Source: a virus. Taken from it: a stretch of 64,000 nt of DNA. A program made the translations under genes and the position numbers. Location: the IMG/VR virus record IMGVR_UViG_3300034069_002176. One strand, 5' to 3'. The notes below the pieces were generated by a model that did not search any database, was not told where the DNA came from, and saw only the letters and a program-made list of their open reading frames with translations. This document shows positions 37,033 to 46,008 of the stretch, in pieces; position 1 is the first letter of the stretch, and every line of letters starts with the position of its first letter.

Positions 37033-38227
37033 GAATTTCTCCTATGCGCAGTTCGCGCCTGATTCGTTTGGGTTTTGCGAGGGTGATTTCTGGGATTGAT
37101 GCTTGCAAGAAGTGATTGATGGATGAAAGATCATCCTCCGGCACATCCGTGTTGCTTGTTCCGTATAGCTGCCGTACGTACCATTGTGACTGATTACCCG
37201 CCTGCAACTCAAGGAGATACTTGAATTCCTCGGTTTCATCACCGAACCGAACGAGGAACCCTTTCTTGTCAATGGCGTTAACGGCGTAGATGGCTGTTCC
37301 GGCGCAGTTGTTCATCACTTCACCGGTAAGGCGGTAATCAGCCGCAGTGCGCAGCACAGAGGCGCTGAGACCATCGAATGCCTGACCATCCATTGCAGTG
37401 ATGACTTCGGGGATGTCGAATTCAGCTTCCAGCGTCATGCCCTTGGAAATGAACGTGAAATGGTCGTGAAGACTGGTGGCGTCTTTCTTCGTAGGAAGAC
37501 TCAGATGGCTGTCTGGGATTTCGCTCATGATTCGAGATGCTTCGATGAGGTCGTAGGATTCCTCCGTATTCTCAGTCATCAGGCGGCGAACTTCATACTG
37601 TGTGAGTTTTGAGAGTAGACGGTCCATCTGCGTTTCGACAACCAATGCCCCTGACGCGCTCGGAAGGAAACGGGCTTTCTGTAACCCAGTAATAATCCAA
37701 TCGATAGGCATGTGATTGGCGAAAAGGCTTGTCCATGTGATGTCTTGAACATGCGGCTTGCTCATCAGCATCCGAACGATGTCTTTTCGATACTGACCGA
37801 ACATCAGTTCCGTGAACGTACGAATATCTCGCGCGAGGAAAGCATGAGCTATCCGCTTAGACCAAATCGGCTGAGTGCCATAGAATCCGTCGCTACCGCG
37901 CTCTCCGGGGAACAGAGCAACGAATACCGGGAACATGCTGCTGACGATTCCAACACCTACCTGAGCGGCGAGGTCGGTGTTGTACGCGTCGGCGGAATCT
38001 GTATCGGACTCTTCATCCAAAGGAATGCTGTTGCGCTTCATGAACGCCAAACACTCGTCCAGCAATTCGGAGTTTCGGAGATTCTGTCCGAGGATGTTGT
38101 TGATCTCGTAAGGGATGAACGGCTGGGTGGCTCTATTCGTGGAATTTTCGAGGTCATCGAATTCAACCAGAGCATGACCATCCACAAAAGACAGCTTGGT
38201 GCGCTTGCTGAGTCTGATTGCGTCCAT
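37025..38227 (-). CDS. PcfJ-like domain protein
   Basis: C-terminal VLRTAADYRLTGEVMNNCAG..YA..LLEL..VRQLYGTSN pattern; SD GAAGGGAG. Confidence 0.65.
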   Translation of the reverse strand: MDAIRLSKRTKLSFVDGHALVEFDDLENSTNRATQPFIPYEINNILGQNLRNSELLDECLAFMKRNSIPLDEESDTDSADAYNTDLAAQVGVGIVSSMFPVFVALFPGERGSDGFYGTQPIWSKRIAHAFLARDIRTFTELMFGQYRKDIVRMLMSKPHVQDITWTSLFANHMPIDWIITGLQKARFLPSASGALVVETQMDRLLSKLTQYEVRRLMTENTEESYDLIEASRIMSEIPDSHLSLPTKKDATSLHDHFTFISKGMTLEAEFDIPEVITAMDGQAFDGLSASVLRTAADYRLTGEVMNNCAGTAIYAVNAIDKKGFLVRFGDETEEFKYLLELQAGNQSQWYVRQLYGTSNTDVPEDDLSSINHFLQASIPEITLAKPKRIRRELRIGEIHE

Positions 38228-38284
38228 GACAGTTCTCCCTTCGTATTCACACTATCACTGCATATGGTGAAGCGCAATACTGAC

Positions 38285-38314
38285 TTGACACTGTTTCTCC
38301 TTTCATGCTATGTT
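38285..38314 (+). promoter_or_regulatory. SigA-type promoter
   Basis: TTGACA-N18-TATGTT with a TG extension. Confidence 0.6.
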
Positions 38315-38352
38315 CTTAGTGTACTTATTCATCAACGAAGGAGGCGAGACCA

Positions 38353-38997
38353 ATGGAAAATATCAAATACCCGCGTACAGCACATTTGCCGCAATCTCCG
38401 GGAGCGACCAGCGACGACAAGTTCATCACTTCCGATGGTCTTGCTGTTCTGCGAGCCTCTACGGAGTTCTTGACCACCGAGAAGATGGATGGCGGTAACG
38501 TCACCATGACTCGCAACCACTTCTTTGCTCGCTCTCTAGATTCGGGTACTCACGCATGGGACACTCCAGCCAAGGCGCTGTGGGCGTCTGTGCGCTATCA
38601 GATTCCTGAGGGGTGGCGCGTGTCCGGTGAAAGCCTCTACGCCCGTCGTAGCGTCGGCTATGACTCTCTGCCGGGGTTCTACATGGTCTTCGGTGTCTGG
38701 GATGAGAACGACAACCTGCTTGATTGGGAGTTCACGGAAGAGTTCGCGAAAGAGCTTGGTCTTCCGACTGTCCCCGTCCTGTATCGAGGCGATTCATTCG
38801 ATGATGCTGTCACCGTGTGGTCCAAGACCATGAATACCGATGTCTCGGAAGGGTTCGTCGTTCGTGATGCCGGAACCATTGCCGAAAAGGACTTCCGTTC
38901 CAAGGTGGGGAAATGGGTCCGCTCGGGTCACGTCACCACCAGCGCGGATTGGCGTCACCGTGATGACTTCGACTTGAACGTCATTGCCAGCGAGTAA
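38353..38997 (+). CDS. ATP-dependent RNA ligase (Rnl2-like, standalone nucleotidyltransferase domain)
   Basis: KYPRTAHL, TEKMDG (motif I), GESLY, FGVWD, EGFVVR, KWV; SD GGAGG. Confidence 0.88.
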   Translation: MENIKYPRTAHLPQSPGATSDDKFITSDGLAVLRASTEFLTTEKMDGGNVTMTRNHFFARSLDSGTHAWDTPAKALWASVRYQIPEGWRVSGESLYARRSVGYDSLPGFYMVFGVWDENDNLLDWEFTEEFAKELGLPTVPVLYRGDSFDDAVTVWSKTMNTDVSEGFVVRDAGTIAEKDFRSKVGKWVRSGHVTTSADWRHRDDFDLNVIASE

Positions 38998-39038
38998 ATA
39001 GCTCACAAATCATGCTTGGTGATTGTTTCTAGGCATAG

Positions 39039-39076
39039 GAAAGCCCCGGAGGAAAATCTGCCGCTCCGGGGCTTTC
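39039..39076. terminator. Bidirectional terminator
   Basis: GAAAGCCCCGGAG / CTCCGGGGCTTTC. Confidence 0.75.
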
Positions 39077-39097
39077 GGTATTGTTCAGTGCCAACTA

Positions 39098-39523
39098 CTA
39101 GCCGCCGAACAATTGGGTTCCGATGTGGTGGAAGAATCCTGGGATCTTGTCCACAACCGGAAGTAGATAAATCATTGTGTTGTACGGGTTCAGGAACCAC
39201 GTGATTGCTGCGCCTGGGATGGACCAGAAGCGCCCCTTGACGCGGAAGATGCCGATGATGGCAAGAACTCCGCCGATAACCATACTGCCGTAGAACAACG
39301 ATGCTGCGGTGACATTATCTCCACCGATAGCGGCGTTGTTTGCTTCGAACTCGGGAAGACCAGTGGTGAATGCGTTGATGGCGAACATCGTTGCAAGCAC
39401 AATCGGGTAGGTCCATACGGATGCTGCACCAACGCCGCCGAAGTGCAGACCTTCGATGAGTCGCTGATTGCGCGCGGTACTCTCGAAACTGCGTAGTTCC
39501 TTTTTGGCTGAGTTTCTCGCCAT
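39098..39523 (-). CDS. Membrane protein (3 TM)
   Basis: Hydrophobic segments; distant similarity to 32966. Confidence 0.7.
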   Translation of the reverse strand: MARNSAKKELRSFESTARNQRLIEGLHFGGVGAASVWTYPIVLATMFAINAFTTGLPEFEANNAAIGGDNVTAASLFYGSMVIGGVLAIIGIFRVKGRFWSIPGAAITWFLNPYNTMIYLLPVVDKIPGFFHHIGTQLFGG

Positions 39524-39616
39524 AGGTCATAGCCTCTTTCACAAGGGTGGGATTGGTTCGCTCATTCTAGGGCTAAGAAGTTGTCGAGAACTCACTTTCG
39601 GGACACCAATTCGAGT

Positions 39617-39637
39617 GACACCGCTTCCCGGTAGACT
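39617..39637 (+). promoter_or_regulatory. Class II promoter variant GAC-N12-TAGACT
   Basis: GAC instead of GTC at the conserved position; upstream of 39660. Confidence 0.5.
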
Positions 39638-39659
39638 GGTGGTATCAGGAGGAACCTTC

Positions 39660-40124
39660 ATGGCTCACAAACAGCCCACCCCAATCGTGGACAAGAACGG
39701 AAAACTCACTACCGTTCACAAGAAGGCTGATAACAACGCTCAGCCTTCACGTACCAGTCGTTTACAGCCTTCATCTGCTGCTGAGCAAGCGTTCTCGAAA
39801 CAAATGACCTACCTCTCGGACCTGACTGTTCAAGCCCGTACAGCGCCTCCTGACGCCCATCATGTCGGTGTAGGTATCGATGCCCTTGGGGAGGACATGA
39901 TTACCGATGTTCAGGATGAATCAGGCGCAACCCTCTACTGGTCTCAGGAGAGAACAAATCCCGATACGGATTACAGCGCTATTTACGACATCAACTTCTC
40001 CCTGCGTCAGCTTGATGTCAAACGTGGACTAGACCGTGGATACCTCATTCATGGCGGTATCAGCCCGGACACGGCATTCACTATTGATTTAGACGCTGTA
40101 GAGGCATACACCGCACAGCACTAA
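39660..40124 (+). CDS. DKNGK-leader protein
   Basis: Start ATG 39660 after AGGAGG: MAHKQPTPIVDKNGKLTTVHKKAD. Confidence 0.85.
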   Translation: MAHKQPTPIVDKNGKLTTVHKKADNNAQPSRTSRLQPSSAAEQAFSKQMTYLSDLTVQARTAPPDAHHVGVGIDALGEDMITDVQDESGATLYWSQERTNPDTDYSAIYDINFSLRQLDVKRGLDRGYLIHGGISPDTAFTIDLDAVEAYTAQH

Positions 40125-40255
40125 CCGAACGCACTCTCAGGCGTAGAAACAATTCATCGTCTTAGAACGCCACGTAGCTCGAACAACATGTACCTGAATT
40201 ACCTCGCATTTGATTTACGGGGTATTTAATTCCCTCAGACCCAATTGGAGACACC

Positions 40256-40741
40256 ATGCCAGACCAACCCAAAGTTCCCACCCCTGTTGTAGACAAGAAC
40301 GGGAAGCTCACCACCGTTCATAAAAACCCGGAACGGTATGACTCACCTTCACGTATTGACGCGCTTGATGCACGTATAGCTACACGTGGTCCTGATGCAT
40401 TGCGTAAGGGTGACATCACCATGTTGCGGAACCTGGCTGCTGACACCAGGGCTCTATTTGATGATGACAGCATCGCTGCTTTGGAATTCGAAGTGGGGGA
40501 CCGAGGTGGTTTCTCCATCACACGAATTGTGGATGAGGAACAGAATGATGTGTGGGACAGATGGGTTCATGGTGGGCACGAAGGTGGGACAGAGGGTGTG
40601 GACATGCTGAGCTACGCATTGGGACATGTTGATTTTGAATCAGGATTGATGTCAGGGCTTATTGGGGAGAGTGAGGAAGGGTTGACGTACTACGTTAATT
40701 TCTCGGATGTTGAGGCTGAGGGAGAGTTCTCGGGAGTCTGA
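40256..40741 (+). CDS. DKNGK-leader protein, acidic body
   Basis: MPDQPKVPTPVVDKNGKLTTVHKNPE; SD GGAG. Confidence 0.85.
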   Translation: MPDQPKVPTPVVDKNGKLTTVHKNPERYDSPSRIDALDARIATRGPDALRKGDITMLRNLAADTRALFDDDSIAALEFEVGDRGGFSITRIVDEEQNDVWDRWVHGGHEGGTEGVDMLSYALGHVDFESGLMSGLIGESEEGLTYYVNFSDVEAEGEFSGV

Positions 40742-40975
40742 TTTCAGATTAATTTGGAGAGTCTGGAGAGGGGATATCGGGGTTGTTTAAGCGCTTCCGG
40801 TCTAGCCGATTCCGTATTAACTTTAACCAAGACGTTTGCTCGGTCAATTTTCGGCTCCGGGTGCCTGGTACAGCGTTAATCTAGTGTTTTCGCGGGTCAC
40901 AACCAAGTTTCTAATTGCTTGCCACCCCCGATGCCGCGTGCTACTATTTCGTCGTGAGCCGGTGAAGGGTAAATA

Positions 40976-41632
40976 ATGGCTGTAGATTTTAGTGACCTGC
41001 GTTTCAAGCTTGAGAGCTTGGATATCTGGTCTGTTCAGGACAAGAAGGGTGAAGCGGCGGCGCTAGTCGAGAATATCGATGGTGAGTCGCTTCGAGCTTT
41101 GTCTCTGATGGCTGCCAAGCGCCACACTGTGAAGCACATCCCCGATGGCACGAAGACATTTGATCTTTTGGAGAATGTCATCATTGGGCTTCACAGCGAT
41201 GATTGCGTGGATCTTGCCAAGCAGGCAATCTCGATTGCTCCTGACTGGATTCTACGGACATTCCTTCTCGCTTCTATCAACCGCTTCAACACGGTGGATC
41301 AGTTGGCTATTCGCCAGTTGATTACCCAGCGTGAGAAGGAAGCTGGCGAGGAAGTCGTTGAGCTTTCTCAGGAGGAACTTGCTGCGGCTCAGGCTGCTGC
41401 TATTGAAGCTGCTGCTCATGCTGCGGCTGTTGAGCGTGGCGAAATCAATCCTGACGGTGAAGAGCCTCAGGTGGATACCAAGAGGCGTGGTCGCGCCAAG
41501 AAGGAACGACCGGTCCGTGGAGCTAAGAAGGCTCCGGTTTCGAAGACTGCTGCTAAGACGGGTTCGGCTAAGACTAATGCCGATAAATCAGCGGCTGCGA
41601 AGCCTAAGCGCAATTGGTTGACCGGTAAGTAA
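40976..41632 (+). CDS. Hypothetical protein with Lys/Ala-rich C-terminal tail
   Basis: 218 aa; promoter-like TTGCCA-N17-TACTAT upstream. Confidence 0.75.
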   Translation: MAVDFSDLRFKLESLDIWSVQDKKGEAAALVENIDGESLRALSLMAAKRHTVKHIPDGTKTFDLLENVIIGLHSDDCVDLAKQAISIAPDWILRTFLLASINRFNTVDQLAIRQLITQREKEAGEEVVELSQEELAAAQAAAIEAAAHAAAVERGEINPDGEEPQVDTKRRGRAKKERPVRGAKKAPVSKTAAKTGSAKTNADKSAAAKPKRNWLTGK

Positions 41633-42244
41633 TCAGTAGGGTGTTATCGCTGTAACAAGGCGGTCGGCTAGGTCTTCATCCATTGTCCATGCAATATCAC
41701 CGGACAGTGACCACCATGCTGACGTTTTGTTTTCGACTTCACTTCCGTTGCCGGTAAAGTTGGTATCGAAGCTTGTGGGTTCTTGTGAACGTGCTCCGTC
41801 ATCAAGCCATCCTTGAAATTCAGCTACTTTGTTTTCGAGGTTGGTTCCGACGAAGTGAACGGTGCGGGTTTGCCCATCAAGGGTGAATTCTTCGCTGAGC
41901 TTTTCCAGTCCGTGTTCGTCTTTTCGCATTCGGGTGAGTGATTGCTTCGGTGCGCCGAATTCGAATTCGGATGCTCCCATGTATTCCATTTCGAACTCCG
42001 CGTCGAATCCTGTTTTGTCGCGGAACATTGTCTGGCGTCTTGGGCGTAGTCTTTGTACGGTACGGAAAAGGTGGTCCTTGACCCAATCGTCGAGTGGTGG
42101 TTGCCCTTTAGGCTTGCTGAATGATTTGGCTACTTCGGAGAGACGTTGACCGGCACTCAGTACGGGTTCGGTTTTCTTCCAGACGGTTGTGGCTTTTCCG
42201 TTTTTGTCGATGATTGGTTCGGGTGTGGTTGCTGATTTAGCCAT
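41633..42244 (-). CDS. DKNGK-leader protein with YMGxxEFEFGA phage-type domain
   Basis: Start ATG 42244 MAKSATTPEPIIDKNGKATTVWKK; EMEYMGASEFEFGAPKQSLTRMR. Confidence 0.85.
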   Translation of the reverse strand: MAKSATTPEPIIDKNGKATTVWKKTEPVLSAGQRLSEVAKSFSKPKGQPPLDDWVKDHLFRTVQRLRPRRQTMFRDKTGFDAEFEMEYMGASEFEFGAPKQSLTRMRKDEHGLEKLSEEFTLDGQTRTVHFVGTNLENKVAEFQGWLDDGARSQEPTSFDTNFTGNGSEVENKTSAWWSLSGDIAWTMDEDLADRLVTAITPY

Positions 42245-42266
42245 GACGCAACCTTTCGTTACTGTC

Positions 42267-42342
42267 ATTCTAGCAACTTCCTGCGACATTTGAGCGCTAC
42301 TTCGTGCGGGAGGTTTTTGCTGTCGTGGGATGACGTTAGAAT
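42267..42342. promoter_or_regulatory. Back-to-back divergent class II promoters
   Basis: Minus: GTC 42287-85 -N12- TAGAAT 42272-67; plus: GTC 42322-24 -N12- TAGAAT 42337-42. Confidence 0.7.
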
Positions 42343-42365
42343 TGAGCCAATCGATAGGGTTGTGC

Positions 42366-42920
42366 ATGATGGGAAAATTAGTTCCTACGTCCATTGTGGA
42401 CAAGAACGGCAAGCGCACTACGGTGCATCGGAAGGCGTTCACTCCTGGGTTGAATCCTGCCGTTTCCCTACCTCCCGCTCAGGCTGCAAAGGCTGATGAG
42501 TTTGGGGAACGCGCGTTCGCTTACGCCTTGGAGGTGTGTAGTGAGAATCCTACTTTTCACGAGTTTGTTCCGCCTATCCTCGAAGACTTGGCGGACAAGT
42601 ACGGAAATCCTTCTGTCGGTCGTACACGTGCGGTATTCGATATGGGTGACGGCAATGTTATTAAAGTTCCCTTGAATCAAGAGGGTGCTGCCGCTTCTCG
42701 TAATGAGTACCACTCTTACAATATGGACGATCCGTTTATTCCGGTTGCTAAGTGCGATTTCTACGAGGAATACGAGAGAGTCCCCTTGCTAATCATGGAG
42801 AAGGTTGATACCAACGTTCCTGATAGGTATGGCAAAGACAAGCCGGATTGGGTGTCTTATGTCGATGGCGCTCAGGTGGGCTACAACAGTAAGGGCGAGC
42901 TTGTCGCTTACGATTTGTAG
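42366..42920 (+). CDS. DKNGK-leader minimal protein-kinase-like protein (paralog of 25740)
   Basis: MMGKLVPTSIVDKNGKRTTVHRK; VGRTRAVFD..VIK, LLIMEK, DGAQVGYNSKGELVAYDL. Confidence 0.8.
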   Translation: MMGKLVPTSIVDKNGKRTTVHRKAFTPGLNPAVSLPPAQAAKADEFGERAFAYALEVCSENPTFHEFVPPILEDLADKYGNPSVGRTRAVFDMGDGNVIKVPLNQEGAAASRNEYHSYNMDDPFIPVAKCDFYEEYERVPLLIMEKVDTNVPDRYGKDKPDWVSYVDGAQVGYNSKGELVAYDL

Positions 42921-42932
42921 CTGACAGTCGCT

Positions 42933-42953
42933 GTCGCTAGGTGCGGCTATAGT
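42933..42953 (+). promoter_or_regulatory. Class II promoter GTC-N12-TATAGT
   Basis: Upstream of 42975. Confidence 0.7.
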
Positions 42954-42974
42954 TAGGGTATCGAAAGGACGACT

Positions 42975-44030
42975 ATGAGTAATCTCACTCCCCAGAAAAT
43001 CGTTGACAAGAATGGCAAGGAAACTACCGTTCACAAGAACCTTAGTAAGGATACTGCCGAGGCTTCGAAGCGCGTTGCTGGTATCACCCCTCCGCCCGCC
43101 GTTGCTGATATTGACGAGACGCCTGATATCTCCGATAAGCTCGCTGAGTTGCAGAAGGAAGACCGCAGCTTTAACCTCTACTACGTTGCTTATGATGATG
43201 GTTTGAATGACGATCAAATCGTTGATTTCCTCTCGGGAAATGTTGATGAACTGAGCGAGCAGATTACCGATGTCTTCTCCGACAGTGCTTATGAGTACAC
43301 CAAGGAAGAAGCTACTGCCATTGCCAAAGAGTTTGGGTACGATTACGACGACTTAGATGAAGAGGACCAGGAGGATCTTCTCTCCTACGTTCAGGAGCAT
43401 GATCAGTCAGATCCAGTATCTGATTTGGTTCGCAATACGCATTCTAAACTTCTTCGCGCGCCATTGACCGCAAACGGCATCGAGGATGCTCTCGCTGACT
43501 ATGAGAATAGCCATGACACCTCTGACTTCGAGGTTGAAAACCCTGATGGATTCGGCGGTGAGGACTTCTACAGCACCGTTCGTTTTGGTAAGAACGACCG
43601 CGCCAGCGAGGCTCGGGTGCTCGTTCTTCAGGAGCTTCTCGGTGACCGTGGTTTTGATGTCACCTCTGACGAAGCTATTCAGAATTTGCATGAGCTTGTC
43701 GATAATGGTCCTTACGACTGGCATGAGGGTGTCACCCCGGAAATCATTTGGTATGGCGATATCTCATCAGCCAATGTTGGAGAGTATGTTGACGGTGAGA
43801 AGAAAGATGAACGCCGACTTGATTTCGGTAACTCCGCACACGTTCTTCTCCTTGATCGTTACAACGGCTCTGGACATGAGGTTGAAATGAATGGTGGAGG
43901 TATCAACGCTACTATTTCGACGGATAAGCCTGCCATTCTGGACAGCAAGAGTAACGGCTATGGTTGGGATGACACTGCTGGCGTTTACATGCCTGCTTAT
44001 TCCAAAGATATCGATGCAACCTGGACCTAA
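42975..44030 (+). CDS. DKNGK-leader protein, extremely acidic body
   Basis: MSNLTPQKIVDKNGKETTVHKNLS; SD GAAAGGA; D/E-rich throughout. Confidence 0.88.
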   Translation: MSNLTPQKIVDKNGKETTVHKNLSKDTAEASKRVAGITPPPAVADIDETPDISDKLAELQKEDRSFNLYYVAYDDGLNDDQIVDFLSGNVDELSEQITDVFSDSAYEYTKEEATAIAKEFGYDYDDLDEEDQEDLLSYVQEHDQSDPVSDLVRNTHSKLLRAPLTANGIEDALADYENSHDTSDFEVENPDGFGGEDFYSTVRFGKNDRASEARVLVLQELLGDRGFDVTSDEAIQNLHELVDNGPYDWHEGVTPEIIWYGDISSANVGEYVDGEKKDERRLDFGNSAHVLLLDRYNGSGHEVEMNGGGINATISTDKPAILDSKSNGYGWDDTAGVYMPAYSKDIDATWT

Positions 44031-44175
44031 GCTTTGACCTGAAGAAGCCGCTGGGAGGAATTTCTCGGCGGATTCTTTGTTGTATAGGTAGCTGGTTGTT
44101 TCTTCCAGCCCAACGACTTGCATTGTGTAATCACGGTGCTATGATTCATTCACTCACCGCAACCAAGAAGGCATT

Positions 44176-45255
44176 ATGGCGCAACCCACGTTCTCCCAAA
44201 CTCATTACGACTCTCTCATTCTGGGCGGCGGCGTCGCCGGTCTTTCCGCTTCCATCTACACCATCCGTAGTGGTATGTCCACGTTGGTCATCGAAGGTGA
44301 GTTGGTGTCGAACACTGAGCTTCCTGGTGGCGCTTTGATGCTGACCGAAGCTATTGAGAACTTCCCTGGCTATACGGGCACGGGTGAGGGTCTTATCGAG
44401 AACCTCCGTGAGCAGGCTGACAAGTTTGGTGTTGAGCGTGCCGAAGCGATGGCATTGAGCATCGATGTGGATATCGATGAAGAGGGGTATGTCTCAGTTG
44501 ATGTTTCTGAATATGGCGACGAGCCTTTGAAGGTGTATGCCAAGACTGTTATTATTGCTACCGGTGCTGTATCTCGTAAGCTCGGCGTTCCTGGTGAGGA
44601 AGAGTTCTTCGGTCGGGGTGTATCTACTTGTGCAACCTGTGATGGTTGGGCTTATGAGGGCAAGACTGTTGGTGTTGTTGGTGGCGGTGATACCGCTGTC
44701 GAAGACGCGTTCTATCTGGCTAAGAACACCAAGCATGTTCACTTGTTCGTTCGTGGCGACCGTCTGCGTACTAACTCACCCGAGTCACGTCTCCTGCTGG
44801 AGCAGGACAACGTAACAGTTCATTGGGATACTCGGGTCGATTCCGTGAACGCTTCCGATGAAGGAAACAAGCTGGGCGATATCACGCTTGACGTAAACGG
44901 TGAGAAGAAAAAGTCTCAGGTGGATGGTCTTTTCGTTGCTGTCGGTCGTGACCCTAACACTGCTTTCTTGAAGGAGTCTAAGGTGCGTCTTGATGACCAC
45001 GGATATGTACTGACTGATGAGGAACATCGCGTTACTACAGGTGGCGGTATTCTTCCGAATGTGTTCGCTGTCGGTGATGTTGCAGATGCTAAGTATGTGC
45101 AGGCGATTACGGCTGCCGGTGATGCGGTGAAGGCGGCTATTGCTTCGTATGAGTACAACCTTCATGAAGCTACCGAGCGTGCTCAGGCTGCCAACTTGGA
45201 GCGGGCTGAGGCTATTCTCTCTGCTACGTTCGCGGTCGAGAAGCTCGACAAGTAA
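44176..45255 (+). CDS. trxB: Thioredoxin reductase
   Basis: GGGVAG, ENFPG, IIATG, GVSTCATCDG (CxxC), GGGDTAVE, FVAVG, GDV. Confidence 0.93.
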   Translation: MAQPTFSQTHYDSLILGGGVAGLSASIYTIRSGMSTLVIEGELVSNTELPGGALMLTEAIENFPGYTGTGEGLIENLREQADKFGVERAEAMALSIDVDIDEEGYVSVDVSEYGDEPLKVYAKTVIIATGAVSRKLGVPGEEEFFGRGVSTCATCDGWAYEGKTVGVVGGGDTAVEDAFYLAKNTKHVHLFVRGDRLRTNSPESRLLLEQDNVTVHWDTRVDSVNASDEGNKLGDITLDVNGEKKKSQVDGLFVAVGRDPNTAFLKESKVRLDDHGYVLTDEEHRVTTGGGILPNVFAVGDVADAKYVQAITAAGDAVKAAIASYEYNLHEATERAQAANLERAEAILSATFAVEKLDK

Positions 45256-45309
45256 TTTCTGGTGCAATGCCCTCATCATGTAGGTGGTGAGGGCATTGCT
45301 ATGTCTGGT

Positions 45310-45330
45310 GTCGTGTGGTATTGGTATCAT
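45310..45330 (+). promoter_or_regulatory. Class II promoter GTC-N12-TATCAT, leaderless
   Basis: GTCgtgtggtattggTATCATcatggtATG, just after a hairpin terminator at about 45265-45298. Confidence 0.7.
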
Positions 45331-45336
45331 CATGGT

Positions 45337-45978
45337 ATGAGCGCATTGACCAAGACACCTATTGTCGATAAGAACGGCAAGCAGACGTACGTCTACAAGT
45401 CAAATACTGATGTTCTATCGACTCGTGCAATACCATCCGTCCCTGTTGGTTATTACGACGGCGTTGACTACTCGGACTACATCACGAACGTATGGCATGG
45501 AAGCAACGATGGGTTTTCTGACGATGAAGTAGCGACTGCCAAGGTCGCACTACGCGAACGTGTAATGGGTCTGATTTCCGATATGGAAGCCGACCCAGAA
45601 TGGCTGCCGGAGGTGTATAGCTTCGATGAAGATGATGGTGACGATGAAGGAATGATTCGTCAGATGAGCGACTTGACTATTCCCGAAAACTCTCGGGGTA
45701 TGTGCCTTGGGGTTTCCGAGGCGGTGGCTCAGTACATGCAGCACAAGTTACATTCTCCTATTGGCGTTGTGCAAGGGATGCCTGAGCGGCATTCCGAGTT
45801 GAATGTTCACTACGCAAACCTTTTCGAGTCTGATGGAACACCGTCATTGATTGTTGATCTCACCTATTCTCAGGTAGATGAAATGGCTGAGTTCCCGTTA
45901 ATTCTGACTCCGCATGAATGGGTGAATCGAATTCAGGATGATTTGCGTCTTCTTGATGAACGAAACGCCGCTCACTAG
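45337..45978 (+). CDS. DKNGK-leader protein, acidic body
   Basis: Start ATG 45337 MSALTKTPIVDKNGKQTYVYKSN; GMCLGVSE..HY..IVDLTYSQ could be a papain/transglutaminase-like C-H-D arrangement (weak). Confidence 0.8.
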   Translation: MSALTKTPIVDKNGKQTYVYKSNTDVLSTRAIPSVPVGYYDGVDYSDYITNVWHGSNDGFSDDEVATAKVALRERVMGLISDMEADPEWLPEVYSFDEDDGDDEGMIRQMSDLTIPENSRGMCLGVSEAVAQYMQHKLHSPIGVVQGMPERHSELNVHYANLFESDGTPSLIVDLTYSQVDEMAEFPLILTPHEWVNRIQDDLRLLDERNAAH

Positions 45979-46008
45979 GAACGGCGTTTCGGTATATCTG
46001 GCGGCTTA

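Noticed and set aside
42918-42977. Readthrough fusion of 42366..42920 to 42975..44030 (same frame, separated only by TAG codons)
   Set aside because: It would need two TAG readthroughs, and 42975 has its own class II promoter, SD and N-terminal leader; sharing a frame is a one-in-three chance.
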